Assembly (NCBI GenBank): GCA_012862495.1
Contig: BLSG01000338.1
Coordinates: 12,382 to 62,048, forward strand
Direction of reading: 5' to 3'
Source of the DNA: Thraustochytrium aureum
Lineage: Eukaryota
Length of the DNA stretch: 49,667 bases
The notes under the pieces were generated by a model that saw only the letters and a program-made list of their open reading frames with translations, was not told where the DNA came from and did not search any database. Of the stretch, positions 23,469-35,103 are shown piece by piece (the first letter of the stretch is position 1; each line of letters begins with the position of its first letter). The translations under genes were made by a program, and so were the position numbers.

Positions 23469-24097
23469 TTCCCCTTCTTCGCCGCTGAACGTGGCCGATC
23501 GCTCGGGCCGAATCGCTTCCTCGAGCAGAGCTTCTTCCGCCCGCTCGTCGCGCCGCGCGCTGAGCCCCCCCTGTGCGAAGCGTCCTCTCTGGACAGAGCT
23601 GGCGCAGTGGCAAGCTGTCTGCTCGGAGTCCAGACACAACTGCTCGTCGTTTTTATTGGGGCGGACTCAAACGGNNNNNNNNNNNNNNNNNNNNNNNNNN
23701 NNNNNNNNNNNNNNNNNNNNNNNNNNNNNNNNNNNNNNNNNNNNNNNNNNNNNNNNNNNNNNNNNNNNNNNNNNNNNNNNNNNNNNNNNNNNNNNNNNNN
23801 NNNNNNNNNNNNNNNNNNNNNNNNNNNNNNNNNNNNNNNNNNNNNNNNNNNNNNNNNNNNNNNNNNNNNNNNNNNNNNNNNNNNNNNNNNNNNNNNNNNN
23901 NNNNNNNNNNNNNNNNNNNNNNNNNNNNNNNNNNNGCCCCAGCGGACGGGAGATCTGCCCGCGCAGGGGCGCACCAAATAGTGCGAGCGAGCTTGTTGAG
24001 GAGGCTTTTTCGGCGGGGAAAGGCGCCTGATGGTTGCTTAATTTTTCAGTGCGCGTTTTGGTTGGGTGATGTGATCGAAGCCGCGCGCCTCTACCGC

Positions 24098-24862
24098 TCA
24101 GGTGGCGGGCGTCCGAGTGGAGACCGAGCCATCCTCCATGCCGAAGAAGGCCTTCTTGGCCATGCCGACAAACAGCCCAGTGCAAATGACGCCAGGGGTG
24201 GCGTTGAGCATGTCCTCGATCCGCTTGACATCCTTAACATCGATCGTGCCAAAGTCAGCGTCGAGCACAAAGCCGCCATTGTCCGTGACGACTGGGCCGG
24301 CCTTGGACTGCGCCATGCGCAGAGTGACTTTGGCGCCCATGTCTTTCTCGAGGCGGCGCATCACGGGGACGTAGGCCATCGGGAGCACCTCGATGGGCAC
24401 GCCCTTCTTCCACTGCTCCCCGAGCGTCGCGGACGCCTTGCGGTAGTCTGCGCAGACCACAAAAGTCTTTGCGCAGGAGGCGACAATCTTCTCCTGCGTC
24501 TGGCACCCTCCGCCGCCCTTGATGCAGTTCAGCGCGCTGTCAACCTCGTCCGCGCCGTCAATCGCCACGTCAAGCTCGGGGTAGCGCTCGAGGTCTCCGA
24601 GCTCGAGACCATTCTCCACGATGAGCTGCCGGGCCTGAAAAGACGTGGGCACGCACACCACCTTGATGCCCTCCTCCTTGACGCGCTCCGCCAGCCTCAC
24701 GACGGCATAGGCGATCGTCGACCCGCTCCCGATCCCGACCACCTGGCCGTCCTTGACAAACTCGTTCACAGCCGCGCGCGCCGCCAGGTCCTTGGCCTTT
24801 TCGACGCCCGCCATCCTCACCAACGCCACTCGCGACGCGGCTCTAGCGGCCGCCCTGAGCAT
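24098..24862 (-). CDS. rpiA: Ribose-5-phosphate isomerase A with a short N-terminal presequence
   Basis: [59 protein letters not shown]. Confidence 0.97.
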   Translation of the reverse strand: MLRAAARAASRVALVRMAGVEKAKDLAARAAVNEFVKDGQVVGIGSGSTIAYAVVRLAERVKEEGIKVVCVPTSFQARQLIVENGLELGDLERYPELDVAIDGADEVDSALNCIKGGGGCQTQEKIVASCAKTFVVCADYRKASATLGEQWKKGVPIEVLPMAYVPVMRRLEKDMGAKVTLRMAQSKAGPVVTDNGGFVLDADFGTIDVKDVKRIEDMLNATPGVICTGLFVGMAKKAFFGMEDGSVSTRTPAT

Positions 24863-25222
24863 CAATCACAACCGGCTGGCTGGCTGGCCGCCTTCGCAAT
24901 CCACCAACTCCAACGAACAAAGCGCGCCCGGACGTGCCTGTTCGAAAGAACATCGCCCGCCGCGTGACGAGCAAAGCGCACCCAGACGAACCTCTGCAGT
25001 CTCAAGGAACAATGCGTGCTCGTTTCGATCGTCGCAGGAATTGGTGGCCGCCAGAAGACGGACAGACGGCCGGACACAGACAAGCGACTGGCCGGCCTGA
25101 TGCGCAGTGCAAGTGACAGTCACGCATCAGTGCAGGCGGCAGGGCAGGCGGCAGGGCAGGCGGCAGGGCAGCACGGGAGCGAAAGAGAGAGAGAGAGCGC
25201 GTTTCGTTCGCACGCACGGGGG

Positions 25223-25594
25223 ATGGGTCACGGTCCGAATCGGCGAAAGGCCGGGCAGCGGTCGAAGAACAAGGGGTTTAAAAAGTACTTTTTGTCGACC
25301 AAGCACAGGTCCAAGGACGTCGACCAGATTCAGGATGAGCTGAAGAAGGGCGGCGTGGAGATCAAGTACGACGAGGACCTGCCCGGAGGCGGGCAGTTTT
25401 ACTGCCAGGAGACCGGGCGGCATTTCATGGATGCTGCGGCGCTCGCAGCGCACAAGAAGACCAAGATTTACAAGAAGCGTCTCCGTGTGCTCAAGGAGGA
25501 GCAGTACACGCAGGATGAGGCGGAGAGGGCTGCTGGCATGACCAAAGAGGTGCTGCCGCCGGCACACCCAAAGGAGGAGGACGCGAGGGCATGA
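25223..25594 (+). CDS. BUD20: BUD20/ZNF593 pre-60S ribosome biogenesis factor
   Basis: RSKDVDQIQDEL, DEDLPGGGQFYC..RHF, HKKTK..KKRLRVLKEEQYTQDEAERAAG. Confidence 0.9.
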   Translation: MGHGPNRRKAGQRSKNKGFKKYFLSTKHRSKDVDQIQDELKKGGVEIKYDEDLPGGGQFYCQETGRHFMDAAALAAHKKTKIYKKRLRVLKEEQYTQDEAERAAGMTKEVLPPAHPKEEDARA

Positions 25595-26324
25595 TGTGGA
25601 ACGTTGTGGCTTCTCCAGGCTGTTGTGTGTGACAAAATAAGCGGTACGTCTGGCCTCTCTCTAGGAAGTGGACGAGCGGTGCTCCGGGACGAGAAGGGGG
25701 AGAAGTGGAGGGTTGCGCGCACGGCTTGTTCAGGCGCGGTAGGCTGCAAAATTGTTCCACAGTCCCACGACCTTCAACAGTTGTGCAACATTCACGCCCT
25801 GTCTTTGCTGGGCCGCTACTGTCGTGCCTCGCGCGCGCTTGCGCGGCGAGAGACTCTGCGCAAATCGTGTGCGCTTGCGCGAGCCCCAAGTGGGCAAGCG
25901 AGCTGGAGGGGGAGGTGGACGATGTTGTCGCTGCCACGTGCATCTATTACCGCGAGGCACTCGTTATCCACGGGTGGGAACCTCGTCGTCTCAACGATGC
26001 GACAGTGAACAGTAGCCTGGGTCTTATAAACCTGGGGGGTCTTTTTGCTTATTGCACGGCCCCTCGGATACCCACTCAGGCACAATTTGCGGGCGGCATG
26101 GCTTGTGGTTGGAGCGGTCTGGCGGTGCGCCTGGATTGGAACAAGCAGCTGACCTCGAAAGCTGAAACAGACGTGATCGATCGAGAACGTGATGTAGATA
26201 GGACGAGTTGACGCCGCGCAAAAGTCCCTTGATTTGATTGACTTGACTGCCCTTCCCTGTAGACACTTATCTTTCTTCAATCAAAATCAAGAGAGCATTA
26301 TGACGAAAGTAATGTCGAGCTCGG

Positions 26325-28706
26325 TCAAAACTCCTCCTCATCCTCGCGTAGGATCGTACTCGCCATGAGCTTCTTCATGCTCATCATGCGCGCCTCCAGC
26401 TCGTGCCGCTCCAGTTCCGCTGCCTCCTCGGCCTGGTAAACTGCGGTCCTGCCCAGGTCGGTCTCGGTAGACGAGGTTTCTGCAACACGGGGCGGATCGG
26501 GAGCGAGGTCCATGGCGCGTCTTTCACGCAGAGATGAAATCTCCCTGACCAGCTCAAGGAGCCTTTCGCAATCCAACGAACTCGAGATAATGAATCGGAG
26601 ATCTTTGCGCGCGCGGTCCACCGGCAGGGCAACCAGCGCGGAATCGCCAAGTAAGCTTGCAGCCCCGCCGACGGCCTCGATGCGAAAAGTGGGCAGCAAA
26701 TCGTTCAGTGGGAACGCCCGTTTCGTGCGGTAGCCGAGCACATTTGCGGTGAAGAGCAGGTGCGTCGTCGTCACCGCCAAGCGACCTGGCATTCGATCGT
26801 AAATCGCACTGACGGTTCCGAGCACCACGTTGGGCGGCGTCCGCATCTCCTTGGCGAGCAAAATGGTCACCTTGGCGTCGCGTGCCGCATCACTCGTATC
26901 GAGCAATTCAACAACGCGGCGCCGATTCCGCGTAACGATCTCAGCACGCAATCCAAGCTGAAACAACTTCCGCCGGCGACGCGCGCAGACCTGTCGCGTC
27001 CACTGCCCGCGAAGCTTTGCGCGCAGCTCCGCTGCCTGGCGCTCAGGCTCGCAACAAGCCAAAGCGATAGGCTCCTGGGCGGCTGCAGATGCCGCTGCCT
27101 CGTCGTCGGCTGACTCAAAGGCGAGCGGCAGGCTCGCTACAAGCGGCGCGCGCTCGAGGTCGGGTGGATCAATACCGTACTCCTTGTACGAAAGTTTGAC
27201 AAGGCTGATGAGCTTGGCAGCGCGCCACTCGAGAGCCCTCGCCGCTTTCTCGCGCGCGGCCATCTCCTCGAGCAAGGACAGTTCGGCACCGACGCGAAAA
27301 GCCTCCTCGAGGTCGCGGACGAAGTCCTCGTCCAAGCAGTCGTTCCCAGTTCCAGTTGAGCTGGCGAACGAGGAGACGCTGGTGCTACAGACTGGGGAGC
27401 TCGCGGAGACCACGCCAGTCCTCGCCAAGGTCGCAAGCACGGCGTGCTCGTTCGAGTCCAGCCCAGACAGCAGGAGAGACCGCTGCATGTTGTCGACATC
27501 GACGCCGAGCACAACGATAACGGCCTGCCGAATTTGCGAAACATCAAAGCCTCTGTGCGCTTCACCTTCGGCCGTCGGACCTTGGCGCAGAACAGCCGCT
27601 GGTAGCGCGAGCGCCGGGTCGATGTTGCTCAGGGCCGAGTTGAGCTTCCCGAGCGACTTGGAGAGAGCCTCCGAGACCATTGTTGAGTGGCGCTCCACAC
27701 TGTCCTTTGCCCAAGCTGGCAACGCGGCAGACGCTGCGTTCGCAGCCCTCCCCGCGCGTTCGCTTAGTAGTGTGCCAGAGGTACGCCGAGCGGTCGCTGG
27801 CTCGTCCGGAGCGGTCGGCGCCACGGTCGATTGGCTATTCTGCGCAGCACCTGCGCCTTCTTCTCCTGGCTCAACCGTTTTTTGGCGAGCAAGCTCAAAT
27901 CTAGCCCGCAGCTGCGCGGGCTCGTTCGACCGCACGTCGTATCCATTCAGAGCGAGCGCCTCGGAGCATATTGCGATTACGGTCTCGTTCGAGATATCAG
28001 GGCGAACGGGCACTTGCAAGGTGGTGTCAAGCAGGAAGACTTCTTGGGCATTCACGCGAGCTCCGCAGCTCACGAAGACCAAGTCGCGAGCCTCCCGGCA
28101 ACGCACACCGCTCAATAACGCCGCGGGATCAACGGGCGGAGACGCTTCGCTCACTGCTGGAGCCAGACCCTCTTTGCCATCGTGTTGAATCGCTGCATCC
28201 TCTCTGCTGGAAGCAGCTGCGAGCTCTGCAAGCGAGCTGGCCTCTGCGGGCAGGTCTTCAGACCTGATGTCCACAGGACGAGATGCCTCGGAGGGCGGCG
28301 CATACTGTGGCAGTGCATCGTCGAGGAGGGCACTTGTCTCGGCCAGCAGCGACTCTCCATCGCGCAGAAAGCCCTCCTCTGCGAACTGTTGTGTCATTGC
28401 TCTTGCTTGGCCGAGAATCGGCGAGTTCTGCACGAGCTCCTCATGGCTCAAATGTGTAGAGTCAAAGCTCGACCGGTCCAGTCGGTACTGCGTGCCATGC
28501 AGAGCGTCTTGCTTGCCGCTCTCCGCAACCCTCCCTTCGGCTTCGTCCGCGTCCCCGCTGTCGGGCGTCCTACCTTGGCATTCTTGCGCCTCCCGCCCCT
28601 CAGCCTGCACGCCGTCCAGGCCCAGGCCCAGGCCCTCGTCATCTTCTCTACCGAGCAGATCCATTGTCACCGCGAGCAGCTCTTCGGCCGCGGCGTCCTG
28701 CTCCAT
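26325..28706 (-). CDS. Protein with a C-terminal GRAM/PH-like domain
   Basis: SAIYDRMPGRLAVTTTHLLFTANVLGYRTKRAFPLNDL matches the GRAM pattern (GRLY.T...L.F.S..FG...K..IP..DI). ATG chosen at MEQDAAAEELL. Confidence 0.7.
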   Translation of the reverse strand: MEQDAAAEELLAVTMDLLGREDDEGLGLGLDGVQAEGREAQECQGRTPDSGDADEAEGRVAESGKQDALHGTQYRLDRSSFDSTHLSHEELVQNSPILGQARAMTQQFAEEGFLRDGESLLAETSALLDDALPQYAPPSEASRPVDIRSEDLPAEASSLAELAAASSREDAAIQHDGKEGLAPAVSEASPPVDPAALLSGVRCREARDLVFVSCGARVNAQEVFLLDTTLQVPVRPDISNETVIAICSEALALNGYDVRSNEPAQLRARFELARQKTVEPGEEGAGAAQNSQSTVAPTAPDEPATARRTSGTLLSERAGRAANAASAALPAWAKDSVERHSTMVSEALSKSLGKLNSALSNIDPALALPAAVLRQGPTAEGEAHRGFDVSQIRQAVIVVLGVDVDNMQRSLLLSGLDSNEHAVLATLARTGVVSASSPVCSTSVSSFASSTGTGNDCLDEDFVRDLEEAFRVGAELSLLEEMAAREKAARALEWRAAKLISLVKLSYKEYGIDPPDLERAPLVASLPLAFESADDEAAASAAAQEPIALACCEPERQAAELRAKLRGQWTRQVCARRRRKLFQLGLRAEIVTRNRRRVVELLDTSDAARDAKVTILLAKEMRTPPNVVLGTVSAIYDRMPGRLAVTTTHLLFTANVLGYRTKRAFPLNDLLPTFRIEAVGGAASLLGDSALVALPVDRARKDLRFIISSSLDCERLLELVREISSLRERRAMDLAPDPPRVAETSSTETDLGRTAVYQAEEAAELERHELEARMMSMKKLMASTILREDEEEF

Positions 28707-28816
28707 CCCCGCGCCAGCGGAACGGTCCCACAATCCAGGAAAACAAACGGACGGCACAAATGGCAAACCCAGAGCAGCGCCCGCGCGGATCCCGCGACCA
28801 AGACGAACAGGAAGAC

Positions 28817-28880
28817 CAGCAGCACCACCAGCAGAGCAGCAGCACCACCAGCAGAGCAGCACCAGCAGAGCAGCACCAGC
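28817..28880 (+). repeat. CAG/CAC low-complexity repeat in the divergent intergenic region
   Basis: cagcagcaccaccagcagagcagcagcaccaccagcagagcagcaccagcagagcagcaccagc. Confidence 0.8.
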
Positions 28881-29224
28881 TGCGACGTGGTGCTTGCGTG
28901 TCTGCAAGTGGACGAGCTGAGCTGGAGCGAGCCACGAGCCGTTCTTCGCAAAATTAAGCAAAGCGTGTAAAATATCACAACACATAAATTTGAATCTGTC
29001 ACATGAACTATAATGTTTAGCATTGCAGCTTCAGGCCGGACATCGTGATTGCGAATGGAATGCGCGCAGAGCCACAACTCGAGGTCGACGAGGACGATCT
29101 GCGTTGGCCGCAGCGGCGGCGGGCGGGATTACTGTGCTGGCTGGGACGAGGGAAGAAGCCCGGCCCTGAGACTTGAGATCCTTGTTTGTGGGGCAGGGCC
29201 GGCGTTTCGTTGGCGCAGTCGAAG

Positions 29225-31249
29225 ATGACGACCAAGCTGCGTGTGGTGTCCTTGTTACCGTCCGCGACTGAGCTGCTGTGCACGATCGGCGGGGAGCTGC
29301 TTTTGGTCGGGCGGTCGCACGAGTGCGACTTTCCCAAATCGGTGCAGCACCTGCCCGTGCTGACGGCGCAGAAGACGGTGTTCACGACGCCGCGCGACGT
29401 CGATGAGCAAGTTCGAACTGCGCTGCACCAGGGCGAGAGCCTTTACACGATCGACGAGGAGAGCCTTGCTGGCTTGAGGCCGGACGTCATCCTCACGCAG
29501 AGCCTCTGCGACGTGTGCTCGATCAGCCTGAACGAGGTCGTGCAAGTGGCCAAGCGGCTCAGCCCTCGGCCCAAAATCGTGTCGCTCAACCCGCACACGC
29601 TCGGCGAGGTCCTAGACTCGCTCATCGAGGTTGGTCAAGCTGTCGGGCTAGCCAGTGAGGCTACAGAGTGCAAGAGGCTGCTCGAGGAGCGCGTAAAGGC
29701 GGTCGAGCGCGCTGTGGCAGAGCGAGGTGGGCCGACGCGCACAGCGGCGCTTCTCGAATGGACAGACCCACTCTACATAGGCGGGTGCTGGAACCCAGAG
29801 CTGATTGCCAAGGCGGGTGGCCTCCAGACCCTTAACTCGGGCGGCGGCAAGTCTGTAGCCGTTCCGCCTCTAGCTCTTGCCGAAGCCAACCCGGACAAGC
29901 TGATTGTGGCCCCTTGCGGACTCGACCTGGCGACAACGGCCAAGGTTTTGCGCGACCTCGAGGTGACAGACTGGTGGGGCAAGCTGCGCGCTGTGCAGAG
30001 CGGCAACGTGGCGCTTGTCGACGGCAACCAGTTCTTCAACCGCCCAGGGCCGCGGCTCGTGGAGACGCTCGAGTGGCTGAGCGAGTGGCTGACGCTGGAC
30101 GGGCCCGAAGTGCCGCAAGGGCTCGGTCTNNNNNNNNNNNNNNNNNNNNNNNNNNNNNNNNNNNNNNNNNNNNNNNNNNNNNNNNNNNNNNNNNNNNNNN
30201 NNNNNNNNNNNNNNNNNNNNNNNNNNNNNNNNNNNNNNNNNNNNNNNNNNNNNNNNNNNNNNNNNNNNNNNNNNNNNNNNNGCTTGGGAACCGTATCGGA
30301 TGAAGGCCTGCGACGCGGCTGGGGTGGCAGCTGCTGTCAGCGAGCGAGACGCCGAGCTCGTCGCGATCGAGGAAGCCCACCAAGCAGCAATGCAGTGCGG
30401 CAAAAAGACGTACACCGACCCGAAGACGGGGTTTATGGTATTTACGGCACAGGCAGCGCTGGACCGTGGCTGGTGCTGCGGCAGGGCCTGCCGGCACTGC
30501 CCGTACGGCCACTTTAACTGCGACTCGAGCCAGCGGAGAAAGGGCCAGGCATCCACGATAAGGGCGCCCACTTTGATGCGTCAAACGCGTGGTCGTGGCG
30601 CTCGCAGCGCAGGCCCGCAGCCAGACGGCACCCTTCACGTGGTGTTTTGGTCTGGGGGCAAGGACTCGCTCTTGGCGTACCAAGCAACCCGGGCGGCGGC
30701 GGGCCCTGCGGACTGGCTCGTGCTGCTAAACACGTTCGATCCAGCAACGAGCATGGTCCCAGAGCAAGACATTGAGGTGGCCGCGGTCATGGATCAGGCC
30801 AAAGCCCTCGGCGAGGACCTCATGGTCATACCTCTTGCAAGGTCCAGCCAGAACGACGCTTACACCAAGGCCGTGGAGGCTGGCCTCCAGCTGCTGGCGG
30901 CCGAGTACGGCTTGGGGGCCGACTTTGCTCGGGCCAGACTCGTATTCGGGGACCTCCATCTTGCAGATATCCGGGCATGGCGCGAGGCCTCATTTGCTGC
31001 GTTCCAGTGCGTGTTCCCCCTGTTCGGGGTCAACTATGATGAGTTGGCCGAGCGTCTTTTTTCCCAGCGTAGCCAAGGTGTCAGCGTGCGCGTGTCGGCC
31101 TGCAGCGTCGAGCATCCGCAGGTGGAGAAGGGCGTCGACTTTGCGAAAATCTGTTCCGCAGCCTGCAGGCGGCTGGAATCGACGCGTTCGGGGAGTGCGG
31201 CGAGTTCCACACGGAGGTTGGCATTTCTGTGCAGCGCGCTAGCTTCTAA
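29225..31249 (+). CDS. Probable triple fusion: BtuF/TroA-like (cobalamin-type) binding domain + DUF5522 + Dph6-like PP-loop ATPase (gap 30130-30281; frameshift near 31140)
   Basis: Binding domain: RVVSLLPSATELL..LVGRSHECDFP, LRPDVILTQSLCDVC, LEWTDP, DGNQFFNRPGPRLVE. DUF5522: YTDPKTGFMVFT..RGWCCGRACRHCPY. Dph6-like: VFWSGGKDS, LVFGDLHLADIRAWRE and, after a +1 T correction, GIDAFGECGEFHTEV. Confidence 0.75.
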
Positions 31250-31472
31250 ACGTGCTGGTTGTTTCGTATCGCTGATGCCGCACAGAGCTGCGCGGATCGC
31301 GCGCACGGTACCTCTCGCTTCGTGTGCTCTCTCAATAGCTAGAACAGTAGCTCCCTCTAGTAGAGCTAGTAGAGAGCAGAGAGAGAGTTGACAGGCCTGA
31401 CACACCCGCTGCAGCTTGGAACAGACCTCAGCAGTGAAAATCACAACAGAATCACTTTTCGTCAGCGTCAGA

Positions 31473-34400
31473 TTACAAAACCAGTTCGCGCTGCGTCTCC
31501 AGGCACTTCCACTTGAAACTTCGAACACGGAAGACAATGTCCGGGTGCGCCATGAGGCGCTCGATCTGCTCGCGTTGCTCCTCGCCGACAAACTCGACGA
31601 TCTCCCGCCCCACCGCGCGAGCGGACACGTCCTTGGTATCTTGAAGAAAGTCGCGGCCGTACCAGTACGTGACCTTGGGGATGTGGATCACGCCGCGCGC
31701 AGGGTCGAGCTTCAGCAACTGCTGCAAAAAGTGCGCCGCCGCTGCGTCGAGGTTCTTGTCCACCGCGCTGGGGTTGGCGAGCACTGGGATATGTGTCGCG
31801 CAGCTCTGCGTGCCGTAGTTCAGGCAAAAGTTGAGCCGCGGCTCGGGCCGGCGCAACTCGAGCATCTGCGAAAACTTCGAAGGCGGATAAGTGGTGGCCA
31901 AGATGGTGCGCGCGAGAGTCATGGGCTTGCGCAATATGCAGTGCTCGATCTCCGCGAGTGAGAGGACCATCGCGTTGGCGCCGCTTCCAATCGCGTAGCT
32001 GATGCGCGACCCGAACGAGCTCCAGCCCAGGATGGACGAGGGCTGCCCCACGAGGAACTTTGCATGAATGCGAAGCGCATGGTAGAGATTTAGCCCGAAG
32101 CAGAGCTTTTCCTCCTCGGTCATGACACTGGCCCATCCCACAATGTTGAGGTGCCGAAGCTTTGAGGCGAGATCGAAGAATCTAATCTGCTCCTGCGTCG
32201 ACGTGGCCTCGCCGAGCTGCAGAGCGGACCGCAGCAGGATCGCACTGAGCTCCCACGGCTTGAGGGCGGAACGTTGCTCGAGGCGCTTGCGCTTTGAGAG
32301 AATGTCCTCTGGGCCAGCCCCTGCAAGGTCGCCCTCTTCGCCCATCCCGGCCGGGGCCGCATCCCCGCCAAAGGAACCTCCAAACGCGCCACTGGCGGCT
32401 GCGCGGCTCGAGACCTCGCGGCCGCCGTCACTACTTTTGCTGCTTGCTGATGATGCGGAGGAGCCGTTGCGGCGGGCTCGAGCGCTTGCGGCGTCAACGG
32501 CGCCCGAGCTGGCAAGCCCAGCGGCCTGGAGAGGGCCGAACACAATGCGGCGCGCGTTGAGCACTACGCGCTTTTGCGGCCCCCAGCGCGCCGCCTCGTT
32601 TGCAAGCGACACCGTGGCGAGGTCGGAAGAAAGCATCAAGTCCGGTCCCGAGCCAGAGGCCCGCGAGGACCCGGTCGGGGAGAAGCGGCCGAGCCCGCTC
32701 AGCGAGCGAAGCGCGGTGCTGAGAGCGGGGCGGCGACCCATTGGCGCGCTGCGGAGACGCTCGGCAAACTTTGCCCGCGCGGCTTGCGAGGCGAAAGCGA
32801 GCAGCACAACGCGGCCCTTCGTCTCCACCCGGAGGGTCGGGAACAGCGTGGCAAACGTGCTGGACGCCGGGTCGACCTCCCGGACCGCGAGAACGGCGTG
32901 CGAGCTGATCACAAGCGTGGGGGCCTTGGAGGCGGGCCGGTACAGCATGATGTACACGACTGGGTCGGTGCCCGCCGGCGCAGTGGTCTGCACGACGACA
33001 GCCCACTCTTCGTTCCACTTTGTCTCCCACAACGGACGCACGACAGGGCACTCGGCGGTGACACGGCCGCCTTCGATCTGCTTCTGCATCACCACAACGT
33101 GCATGTCTTCCCTTGCGCGTGCCGTGAGCAGAGTTCGGGTAGTGTCGACCCATCCACGCGGCAGGGGCGCAGGCTCCGCGAGCCCGAACGCGCTCTCAAG
33201 CTGGGACCGAAGAACCTCCCACTCCCAGGCCTTTTTGGGCGCCTTGGTTGGCTCGCCGCGGTGCAAGTTGAGCGCCCGCGGCAGCGTGCTTCGATAGAAC
33301 GACTCGCGGCTCTGCAAAAAGACCTGGACGCCATCAGCGCGCGCTAGGACGAACGAAATAGCGCGCTTTTTCCGCCCGTTGTGCTCGATCCAGGCCACGA
33401 CGCGCAGGTCCGAAGTGCACAGCGAGTCGGCGGGAGACTGCGCCCGCACAGAGGCCTGGCGCTCGCGCAACTCGGCCTCGTTGAGGGTCTCCTCTTCGAC
33501 CATCTGCTCGCCGCTGTCCTCGCGCGAGCGGAACGAGTCGTCGTCGTCGTCGTCTTCGACCAGCTCTTCTGAAGCATTGGAGGGCGAGGAAGGAGGCACC
33601 GGATGCCGAGCACGGCGCGCCGTTTCGGAGCCCGGGGCCGGTGCCGGAGCCGAGACCGCGGCTGTCTGCGTGGTCGGAGCAGTTCCGGCCAGCGCCGCTT
33701 GCCTTTGCTCTGCAGCGGCGGCGAGCTGCTCGGGCGTCGGGTAGATCACGGCAGCGTCCCCCTTGGCGCGCTGGTAGTACGTGTTTTGGATGGCAAACGC
33801 AAAATAGTGGCGCTTGGACCCGTCGGCGTGCACGCGGTTGGCGCGGAGGTCAAAGCTGTCCAGGTCGTACATGCACATGTGCAAGGGCATCGTATCCCAA
33901 AACATGGAGAGGTCCATCTCGCCGAGCGCGCCGAGGTTGGTCGCCTTCCAGCGAACGATGTCCATATACATCGAGTTGATGGAGAAGGTGACCGTGTCCC
34001 CCGCGCGCAGGTCCCCGGGCCGGTTGACGAGCTGCTGCTTGCGCGCGCGGAGCGAGTCGGCGGTCTCCTCGATCTCCTCGCCGAGCTGCGGCGGCGCGCC
34101 TTGGCCCTTGCGCGTGACGACGAGCTTTGTAGCTGCCGAATAGAGTGGGAAGACGATGTGCGGCGGCTCGCGGGCAGCGGGGTCTCCGTCCATGTTTTTC
34201 CCGAACCCGGCGTGGATGGTCGCCGAAAGCCGGTTGAGGATTGACAGGATCGCGCGGCAGAGCCCCTTGGTGACCACGCCGAGCTGCATCTTGCGCGCCA
34301 ACTCGCCCCCGAGGTAGACCACGCCGCGCGGATCTTGCTTGAAGGTAATCTGAAACTGGATCTCGAAACGCCTGTTCTTGCCCTCGAACAGTTGCGCGAA

Positions 34401-35103
34401 GAACGGGTCTTCGGCGCCTTTGACGCGCAGCGCAATCAGGGCCTTGCCTAGCACGGACGCCGACTCGAATGGCTGCGGTTGCCGCGCGTTTGGAAAGATG
34501 CGCGACGGGGTCGAGCCCTGCACCAAATTCGTCACATGCAGGAACGGAAAGCGAGGGGCATCGCAGGGTCCCCCGGGTCCCGTCGTGGTGGCGCCACCGG
34601 CTCCGCCCTGGCCCCTCCTCCTCCTCCCTCCTCCTCATCGTCATCGTCNNNNNNNNNNNNNNNNNNNNNNNNNNNNNNNNNNNNNNNNNNNNNNNNNNNN
34701 NNNNNNNNNNNNNNNNNNNNNNNNNNNNNNNNNNNNNNNNNNNNNNNNNNNNNNNNNNNNNNNNNNNNNNNNNNNNNNNNNNNNNNNNNNNNNNNNNNNN
34801 NCTGCGCGCAGAGGTGGCAGTTGATTCGTCGCCGAGATCGAGACGTGGCGTCGGCCGTGGCGTCGTCGGTGATGGGGCCTCGTGCAGGGCCCTCATGGCC
34901 TGGAGCTCATCGCCCTCCACGAGCTCGGCGAACGGAATGCGGCTCAGTCCAGGCGCGGTCCCTTTCACCACCCGGGGGCTGAGCCAGTCCGCCAGTTTCG
35001 ACAGCACCACCGCAAACACCGCGCCGAGCACCAGCCCCAGCCAGAACTTGCAGTCCTCATTCCGGATCAGCACCTCGGGAATAAACTCGTCAAGCAGCGT
35101 CAT
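31473..35103 (-). CDS. Membrane-anchored DUF1769 + PH-like + DUF547 protein (gap 34649-34801; probable frameshift near 34570-34615)
   Basis: N-terminal TM segment FWLGLVLGAVFAVVL. DUF1769-like FESASVLGKALIALR..LFEGKNRRFEIQFQITFK..VYLGGEL. PH-like WNEEWAVV..LRVETKGRVVLLAFASQAARAKFAERL. DUF547-like EKLCFGLNLYHAL..SLAEIEHCILR..EPRLNFCLNYGTQSC. Confidence 0.75.

Noticed and set aside
29130..29180. Cobalamin riboswitch-like fragments (ACTG..GGGAAG..AGCCCGG) upstream of the BtuF-like gene
   Set aside because: The core GGGAA..GGTG.AA.TCC..CCC.C elements and a proper B12 box are absent. Short GC-rich matches are expected by chance.
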